Source: Dudresnaya verticillata (lineage: Eukaryota). Taken from it: a DNA stretch of 64,000 nucleotides. Shown here piece by piece: positions 36,598 to 45,700 of this stretch. The DNA is taken from the NCBI GenBank assembly GCA_977862235.1, contig OZ374561.1, positions 682,001 through 746,000 on the forward strand, written 5' to 3'. The position numbers were made by a program, and so were the translations under genes. Below the pieces are notes generated by a model, which was not told the origin of the DNA, made no database searches, and saw only the letters and a program-made list of their open reading frames with translations. How positions within the stretch are numbered: the stretch's first letter is position 1; every line of letters starts with the position of its first letter.

Positions 36598-37755
36598 ATG
36601 GCCGCAGAGGAAGCTGTATCCGGGAAGCGCGTCGTCGTGACCGGCGGGACAGGCTTTATCGGTCATGCGCTGCTGACCGAGCTTCGGCACAAGCACTTCC
36701 CAGCGCTGGTTCCCGTCGCCCTAGCACGTGCAACATCGGATCTAGTTTCCCTACACCGTCTGCTGGACTACCCTGCGACGGCACCAAGCGTGGTTGTGGG
36801 CGACCTGTCCAGCGTTGCGTCACTGCAGCCGTGTGTGGCTGACGCCGCCATCGTCGTCCACCTGGCTGCAACCATGGACTTTTTCACTCACGACGTGCCC
36901 GGCCTAATCCGGACCAACGTCGCCGGCACGCGTAACTTGCTTGAAGCCTGTGCGCGTGAGGTAAAGCGCCGCTCTGCCCCCATGCGCTTTGTTTATGTGT
37001 CGTCTACTGAGGCCATCGGATCTACCAAGGGACTTGGTAAGGCAGACGAGGATGCCCCCAGGCATCCAGATTCGGACTACGGACAGAGTAAGATGTTTGC
37101 AGAAGACGTCGTGAAGGAGTACGCATCGAAACTGGATACCGTTGTTGTGCGTCCCACAGGCGTTTATGGCCCGGGGGAGAGGTTTTTCTTCTTTGAGATG
37201 ATGAAAATGGTTTCGTCAGGGATTGCCTTGATCGCGCCGTCGCCGATGACTGGGAAGTTGATGTTCACCCATGTGGATGATGTCATTGCAGGGTTGATCA
37301 CTTGTGCAACTCATCCGGATGCGAAGGGCAATACTTACAACTTATGCCCGGATCAATCTGTGACCAATCGTGAGATTCTGGAGACGCTTGCTGATACGAT
37401 GCAGTATCCGAGGCCTGCATTGTTTATGAAGGAGGGCTTTGGTGTCTTTCTGATGCGCGTAATTTCTCCGGTGATGAACTGTGGGAAGCGGAGGGTGTTT
37501 ATTTATCATCCAAAGACTGTTCGGCAATCCATGAGAGATCGGGAATACTCAAACGAAAGGTTACGGGGATTGGGATTCAGACCAAAGTATTCTATTTTGG
37601 CAGGTGCGGAGCAGACCATGTTGCATGAGCTACGAGCTGGTAACATCAAGAGAGAGTTTGTACCAAGCGCTCTAAAGCGTTGTATCCATTTTATTTCTGT
37701 GGTCACGTTCATGGTTAGTCAATTTGTACAACGGCGGCGGCAAGTAGATGCATAG
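36598..37755 (+). CDS. Extended SDR, NAD-dependent epimerase/dehydratase (3-beta-HSD-like), 385 aa
   Basis: VTGGTGFIG, VHLAA, NVAGTRNLL, YVSS, YGQSK, RPTGVYGPG, HVDD. Confidence 0.9.
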   Translation: MAAEEAVSGKRVVVTGGTGFIGHALLTELRHKHFPALVPVALARATSDLVSLHRLLDYPATAPSVVVGDLSSVASLQPCVADAAIVVHLAATMDFFTHDVPGLIRTNVAGTRNLLEACAREVKRRSAPMRFVYVSSTEAIGSTKGLGKADEDAPRHPDSDYGQSKMFAEDVVKEYASKLDTVVVRPTGVYGPGERFFFFEMMKMVSSGIALIAPSPMTGKLMFTHVDDVIAGLITCATHPDAKGNTYNLCPDQSVTNREILETLADTMQYPRPALFMKEGFGVFLMRVISPVMNCGKRRVFIYHPKTVRQSMRDREYSNERLRGLGFRPKYSILAGAEQTMLHELRAGNIKREFVPSALKRCIHFISVVTFMVSQFVQRRRQVDA

Positions 37756-37921
37756 CCATGCCGACGGTAGCGCCCCTGCGAAGGATACTGCACCATCAGC
37801 AATGAAAAACTTACTAGCTCGGCGCACTATGGAAACAGTTAAGAGACAAAGCTACAAGACTTGCAAAGACGAAAAGCGGGTGTCGCTGACGCACACTCAA
37901 TCTGGGCCCTTCGCTACCGAA

Positions 37922-38923
37922 TCAGCTCGGCAATCTGCGGACCCTGCGCTGCGGGAGGTTCCACTGGTGGCGCGTGACTATAAACTTGAGGTCGGTCATG
38001 GCACCATCGAAGGTGTAGTTAGAGACCAGGTGCTGATTCTGACGCTCGATACGAGCGCGGCCCTGAATGAGCATGGCACGTATCTGAATGCAGACGACGT
38101 CGATGCTGTTGACAGGAGCCCATCCCGAAGTGGTGAGGAGTTCCATGCAGATTCCTCCGCGCGGTGCAACATGCCCGCCGCGTACGTAAGGAGACACGAC
38201 GCGGACAATGGGAGGAATAGTCGGGTACTCGGAAGGGAAACGGAACTCCAGCTTGATGGAGTCTATCCCAGGCAAGTGGGTCAAGTCGGCCCCAATCGGG
38301 GAATTGGTGTCGTCAAAGTACAGGTTGACATCCCAAGTGTACAGGTCATCCCCATTCGGCTGCGCCGTAAACCCATCCTTACGCGTGTCCATCTCCTTGA
38401 GCAAAGTAATCTGCTTCATGAGAGTGGTCGTGGCCAGGCGGTTAGGTCCAAACGCCGGGACGACGAACCCCTCTGCGGCGGATCTCTTCCTCTTGAGGCC
38501 GTACTCACTGCCACTCTCGGGCGAAGCCTTCTTCTCATTCTCGGAATCCTTCGGCCCCGTAAAGGCCTGCTTCACATAAAGCTTGTTGGCGTGCTTCAAA
38601 GTAGCACTGACAAGCTTGTTCGGGGAAAGCCCACCATCGCTAAGCTCAGTGAGCAGGAAGGTGTTGATGTCGATGAGAAAGCCATCCGGAAGGCCTAAGT
38701 CGTCTTCCACGAGCGGCATGACGGTACCTGCGCGGGTGGAGCCCGAGAGTAGGAGACTGAAGCGTCCACCATCTGGAAGCTGGTACGTCGCACGAGCGAT
38801 GAACGAACCCGGGTCGGATTGGTCCTTTTGTAACTGCGGGGACTTCTCCGCGAACGACACGACGTTGCGGACGTCGTCCGTTGGTGTCCAGTCGCGCAAG
38901 GCGCGCAGGGCAGCTTGGTCCAT
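37922..38923 (-). CDS. Ubiquitin-conjugating enzyme E2, UBE2Q-like, 333 aa
   Basis: DDLYTWDV...YPTIPPIVRVVSPYVRGGHVAPRGGICMELLTTSGW...IQIRAML with the catalytic Cys present. First ATG is at 38923. Confidence 0.88.
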   Translation of the reverse strand: MDQAALRALRDWTPTDDVRNVVSFAEKSPQLQKDQSDPGSFIARATYQLPDGGRFSLLLSGSTRAGTVMPLVEDDLGLPDGFLIDINTFLLTELSDGGLSPNKLVSATLKHANKLYVKQAFTGPKDSENEKKASPESGSEYGLKRKRSAAEGFVVPAFGPNRLATTTLMKQITLLKEMDTRKDGFTAQPNGDDLYTWDVNLYFDDTNSPIGADLTHLPGIDSIKLEFRFPSEYPTIPPIVRVVSPYVRGGHVAPRGGICMELLTTSGWAPVNSIDVVCIQIRAMLIQGRARIERQNQHLVSNYTFDGAMTDLKFIVTRHQWNLPQRRVRRLPS

Positions 38924-39711
38924 CTCGAGGGAGGGGGGCGGGAGGGCTGGAAACGGAGAAGGCAAGGCACACGTTTCACGAGGCGTGGCGACGGCAGGGT
39001 ATGGTGTTGAGGGTATGACGGAGGGTTTGAAGAACTGTGCGGGAAGTGCAAAGGCTTTTGAGGGGATCAAGCGCAGTGTCGCCGACTGCAAGCACTTTTT
39101 GAGCCGTTGTGCGCGGGTGGCTGTTTGAAGGTTTTTTGCAATTACCGCGAATTCAAGCCGACAGCGAGAAGACTGGGCGCTCGCCTCGGCAGGACTTCGA
39201 CGCAGCTGGGTCAAGCAGCGCAGCAGCCACGAGTGAGGCCCTCTCCAGCTGTCTCGTACACGTGCACGCGCCTAACATACAGCACCGACGGGTGACTCAT
39301 CTTTGGATCGACTTCGCTTCTTCCAGAGCTTTCTTCAATATCCCTCGCTTTCCTTTGCCAACACTACATTCGTCAGCCCTCATATTTTCGTCTCTGAGCA
39401 GCCTAGCCCACTTCTGCGAGTAGCCGCCCTTGCTACTATTGTACGTCCTCTGCCTTCTTGCTCGAGTACTGTATAACCAGTCTAGTCACAATTGAGGCAG
39501 GCAACTGTAGCAAATGTGGACTGTTTTCACCAGAAGGAAGAGTTACGACTTTACCAATAGTTAGTTTCCTTCAAAATGGTGGTGTCATTCGAAACTGTTA
39601 CTCTACAACCTAAAACACAATGTGTAGCTGTCGATAGTAGCACACACCTATACATACCCAATTAACAATCCTCAAAACTTGTACTCGCGAGAACCACGAA
39701 ACCTCGCATTC

Positions 39712-42700
39712 CTAAACTTCTGTAAACCATGGGGGCAGTTCGCTCGCTCGGCGCGGTAACCCTTTCGAAATGCTCTTTGCTGGGTCTATCGCTCCAGCTT
39801 GCACCGCTCTATAGATAGCATTTTGCCGTTTCTCCTTCGTCGACTTGTTCCGTTTTCTTCGCTTGCGCTTCATGATTGCGGGTGGCCTGGCAAGTCTCCC
39901 ATCATGCCTGGGATCCGATTTAAGTATCATTTCGGCCAGTTTCGGTACCAGAGGAATGACTTGCTGCACGGAAGAAGCCCATAAATGCGACTTGCCCGTG
40001 GCAATCTTCAAGAGCCCCTTCTCGCAAGAATCTCCAATACCTAAAGTAATCAGACGGATTCCAGCCTTTTCCATGTGCACTTTCTCTTCAGTGGCAGCAT
40101 CCAAACCGTCCTCCGCTTGCCCTCCTTTTGTCAGCTCCCCAGCATTAATAACAACTACACGTCTCAGGCGCAACGTGTTCTGTAACTGAGCCTGTATATG
40201 CTTATTTGCAACTGGCGGGAGCATCTCAAAGCGAGACCATTTCAAAGCCAGATGTGCTTCACGAGACATACCATTCATAGCTGGCGGCACCTCCTTCGCT
40301 TGAACAGTAGGTGGCTCTTCGATATCTCCTTCACTGTCCATTACGCTCCCACTTCCACTGCTCCCGAGTCCATTTCTTTCGTTTTCTCTTTCCACTAAAC
40401 TATCGACCTTTCGAAGAGCGTTGCCACCAACTTCTACTCCAACCTCGTACACATACATTCCATCTCGATCCCAGTTGTTAGCATCGCCTTGGAACGAGCT
40501 GAGAATTCTTCTACGCACAGCTTCCTGATCGCGATCCAGCTCAGATACCACCACGGAGTCATACGCATATTCAACGAATCCGATACGAGATCCATCATGG
40601 GCCTTCCTCATCAGAGTGTCAAGCAAGCCGCCAGGTTTTGTCAAGATCTCCTTCATCTCACGGTAATCACGCCAGGACAACGAGCCTGACGCATCGAATA
40701 CGAACAACAAATCGATTTTCGGACTGTTAACAGGAGGCAGCTCAACGTCGTCCTGGTCATCTTTGGCGACCTTCTCGTCCGATGTGCCTCGAGCAGCAAC
40801 TAATAGAGCCTCACTGGATGACGGAAACCGAGACGATCGAAAAGATTTGGATTGAGTAGATCGCCCAGATGCTGTGGACACCATGTCGGATGCTGCAGAA
40901 CTAGGCGAAAGCTGGCTCAGGGCCATACACATACCCGGCACTGCCAATCGAGTTATCACTTGAGGCGGCCTCACCCTGGCAGCACCAGGTTTCATCAGGC
41001 CGGCGAACTGCCCTCCAACTTGAGCAGCAGCAGCCTCTCCAGCTGCTACAATTACTGCTGGCAGTTCCGAAGCACTCTTCCAAACCTGGTCCCATGGGGA
41101 ATCATCTCCCACCACTCCTCCTCCCCCAGACTCACTGCTTGGACCACTCTTATCGTTGTCATCATCTGAGACCCCGAAAATCGACGTTAGACCAAGTCCA
41201 CCAGCAGCTGGGAAAACTGCACAGGTCTTGTACAATACGGCACCAATAAGGACAACCGCAAACAACGACGCAACCGCAATGCCGCTCATTCCCCCAATGC
41301 CACCAGGAAGTGAACTCCCATTTGATGGGTCAGTCTTCGATACGTTTCCAGCTGAGTTCCCACCCCCACTAGCCAGGACATCCATGTTCGGCGAAGGAGA
41401 GCCTTTAGATCCTGAAGAAGTGCCCACGACCAAAGGTCCCCCAGGGGAAGCAGATGGAGCGGAGGACGCGATTGAAATTGCTGGCAACGGTGAAGCAGAT
41501 GCTGAATTGGTTTCCGGTACGGCCGATGCGGTCGCATTTCCTGTTACTGGCGCGTTGTCAGACGGTGAAGCCGCGACAGATGGTGTGAAATCAACTCCAG
41601 CATCGTCCGTCGGTACTGGAGCACCAGGGTCTGAAGGGGTTGCGCTAGCGACTGGGTCCGAAAAGGAAGGGGAAGGTGCGAAAGAAAGTGAAGGAGAAGC
41701 CACCATGCTTGCTGACAATATGGGAACAGCTGAAGCAGATACACTGGCCATCAAATCAGACGGCTCCGGTGACGGCAAATCAGGATCACTAGGTGAGGGT
41801 AGGAGACTTGGTGAGGATGGCAGTCCATTGCCAGGCGATGCAGATGGTAGCACACTTTCCGAAGGTTCTGCACCCAACGACGGCGACTCTGAGGCAATCA
41901 GCTCTGATGGATCCGGTGAAGGAAGAAATCCATCACTTGGAGTCGCAACGCCTGAAACCGTCGCTGATGGGAACAGACTGGATGGTTCTGGAGAGGCGGA
42001 CGGCGGAACGAAAACATCGGGAGAAGTTCTAACACCTGGCGACTCTTCGACCTCCAAACCCGGAGTTATTTCCGGGGAAGTATTCGTTCCAGACGGGGGC
42101 AGCAGAGGGCTTGCGGACAACTCGGGATTATCGGAACTGGCCGCCGACACACTAGCAGTCGGTAGAATTGAAGCAGTCGCCACTCCAGGCAGCGATACAA
42201 GAGGTGACTCCTCTGGGACCTCGGGGACATCGGGAGATTCGTTGACATTCGCACTTGGCTCAGCGCTCTTGCTCAAAGATGGACCTCCAGACTCTGGAAC
42301 AAGATCACTTGGAGATGGCGAAGCAAAATCTGCTGCATTTCCACTGGCGACGGGCGAGACACTTGAGGGAGCAGACGCAGTAAAGGACACACTCGGCAAG
42401 ATCGTCGGTAGTACAAAGCTTGGGCTGAGGCTTGCACTAAGACCGCCCGAAGGCGACACGTCTGGCGCTGATGGCGCGACACTTGGGCTGGCTTCTACGG
42501 ACTCAAATGCAGATGGCTCTGCAGACGCAATTGGTGAGACCGGAGACGGGCTCTCTTCGAAGTCACTTGGATTTGGGGAAATGCCAACTGATGCCGACAC
42601 TTGACCTGATAATGAAGGTAGCGGAGGTGAAGCCGACATTCCTCCATTTGCCGTACCGCTGGGAGTCATTACCATGAAGGCACTAGGCGTCGTAGAAGCA

Positions 42701-45700
42701 AACGGTACGCTCGATGCTGGCGAGACTGACGACGTAAAGTCGGAAGGTGACGGTAGCATAGATGTAGGCGGGCTCAGGCTAACACTAGGTACAGCCGAAG
42801 ACAATATAGACCCGGGAGACGTACTAACATCCGGCAAGAGGCTGGCATTAGAAGAAGGCGAAGGATCAGTAGCTACACCAGAAGGTGATGCGCTTGTAGC
42901 CGGGTCTTGACTTATCGAGGGAGATACCTCCGCTGACTGGCTCGGCAACAATGGTGAAACCGCTCCAGAGCTTGCAGTGATCATAGGCGATTGCGATGAT
43001 TTCACTGACGGGATGGAACCTGCGGATGGGCTGCCCTCCAGACTAGCTCCAGGTACAACACTGATTTGGGGTGAAGAGGACACCCCAGCGAGTGGGCTTG
43101 CTTCGACTGGGGTGCTCGGCTCCGTAGGAGGACTTGGCGTGATCAACAGGCTCGGTTCAACCACAGGGCTTGTAGACGGCGGAATGGCCACATCAGAGGG
43201 ACTCACCAACACTGACGGACTGGCGTCCAAAGATGGGTTCAAAACCGCAGATGTACTGACAACCGGAGATGTCAGCGGACCAGACGATGGGCTGGCATCA
43301 AGCGAAGGACTCATCTTGACAGCTGGACTTGCTTCCAAAACCGGGCTGACCTCGCCTGCAGGAAGAGATGGAGATAGCTCTGGCACAGAGACTGCTGGTG
43401 ATACCTCAGTACTGGGTGGGGCGGGTGATACATCCGCACTTGGAAGAGCAGGAGAGGCCTCGGGAACCAGTGGAGTTGGTGAAACATCAGTTGAGGGCTG
43501 AACGGAAGACTGAGGACTGGGCAACACCGGAGAAGCTTCAACAGTAGGTGGAACCGGTGATATCTCCGTCACAGGGCTAGGTGACACCTCAACAGAAGCA
43601 AGAGCAGGAGATACCTCGGCTGAAGGCAGAGCCGGAGATACCTCGACTGAAGGCAGAGCCGGAGATGCCTCTGCTGAAGCTGGAACCGGGGACCAAATAC
43701 TGGATACTGCAGGAGATACTCCCGCAGCACTAGGGATCGGGGACGACTCTGTCGACGGTGGGACCGGAGAGGGTGGAGCTGGAGATACCTCAGTCGAAGG
43801 TGCAACCGGGGATACCTCAGTCGAAGGCACAATTGGGGAGGCCACAATCGAAGATGGCACAGGGGAAAGAGGGCTGGGGCTTACTGGTAACACTTCACTG
43901 GAAGGCAGAACCGGGGAGACCTCTGCTGAAGGTACAGCAGGTGATACCTGAGCAGACGGTAGCGCCGGCGACACTTCACTCGACGGCACAGATGGCGAAG
44001 CCACTGCAGGTGAGGGCGGGGCAGGCGAAGCCTCCATCGAAGGGGGAACCGGCGATACATTGACAGAAGATGGTACCGGCGACTCTTCACTCGAGGGCGC
44101 AGAAGGTGACGGCGCGGCAGGCGAAGCCCCCATCGAAGGGGGAACAGGCGATACATTGACAGAAGATGGTACCGGCGACTCTTCACTCGAGGGCGCAGAA
44201 GGCGACGGCGCGGCCGGCAAGGACCCGGCGGGAGAGACCTCAGCAGTTGATGGAGCTGGTGATACCTCATTCGAGGGCACGACTGGTGAAACTTCTGTCG
44301 AAGGTGGAGCCGGCTCGGCAGAAGGTGGCACCGGCGACGCTTCAGTTGAAGGCAGAGCCGGTGGGACAGAAGGCGGTCCCGGTGACGCTTCAGTTGAAGG
44401 CGGAGCCGGCGCGACAGAAGGTGGCACCGGCGACGCTTCAGTTGAAGGCAGAGTCGGTGGGACAGAAGGCGGTCCCGGTGACGCTTCAGTTGAAGGCGGA
44501 GCCGGCGCGACAGAAGGTGGTCCTGGTGACGCTTCAATCGAAGGCGGAATTGGTGCGCCAGAAGGTGGCACCGGTGACGCTTCAGTTGAAGGCAGAGCCG
44601 GCGCGACAGAAGGTGGTCCTGGTGACGCTTCAGTTGAAGGCAGAGCCGGCGCGACAGAAGGAGGTCCCGGTGAAACTTCTGTCGAAGGTGGAGCCGGCTC
44701 GGCAGAAGGTGGCACCGGCGACGCTTCAATTGAAGGCAGAGCCGGTGGGACAGAAGGCGGTCCCGGTGACGCTTCAGTTGAAGGCAGAGCCGGCGCGACA
44801 GAAGGAGGTGCCGGTGACGCTTCAATTGAAGGCGGAACTGGCGCGGCAGAGGGTGGCACCGGTGACGTTGCAGCCGAAGAAGGCAGAGCAGATGAAGCAA
44901 TGGGTGACGGAGGTACCGGAGAGGCCTCAGTCGATGGCGGGACAACAAGCGAAGGACCCGGCACTGCTAGAGATGATTCTGCGCTAGGCGAGGCGGAAGG
45001 CACTTCCATCGACGGCAATACCGACGGTAGAGCGTTTGAAGATGGAGCTGGCGAGGCCTCATTGAAAGACGGTGACGGAGGTTGAGGACTGGGAACTGTC
45101 GGAGACACCTCGGCACTAGGGGGAAACGGAGAGGCCTCCACGGGGGGCAAAGACGAAGATACCGAAGGTAAAGGCGGTTCTACCGGCTGCGCACTAGGTC
45201 CCAAAGGCGATGCTTCCACCGTAGGCGCCCCTGGAGACACCTCAGTCGAAGTAGCTGATACCTGAGGACTCGGCACCGCTACAGAGGCTTCTGCGAGAGG
45301 AGGTGCCGGGGAGAGCTCAGATGAAGGTGGAGACGAAGGTATCCCAGTGGAAGGAAGTACAGGCGGCTGAGAGCTGGGAGCAGTTGGCGATGAACCTGCA
45401 CTAGACGGAATCGGCGACGCCTCATCAATAGAAGGAACCGGGACTATCTCGGATGACGGTGAGGCTGAAGGAGCCCCGTTTGATCCCGGAGATGGTGACG
45501 GTTCAACTGATTGAGAACCCGGAGAAACCTCACTCCAAGGGGTTGCCGAGAGCTGCGGGTTTGGCACTGCAGGCGATTCTTGAGCAGGAGGTGGGGACTG
45601 AGACTCATCAATGATGGGCGGTGTCGGTGATACCTCAGCCGAAGGTGTTGTCGGGGAGGCCTCAATCGACGGTGGGACCGGAGGAACCTCACTTACGGAT

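Noticed and set aside
37748..38698. 316-aa plus-strand ORF
   Set aside because: Antisense to the clear UBE2Q-like gene, with no recognisable motifs.
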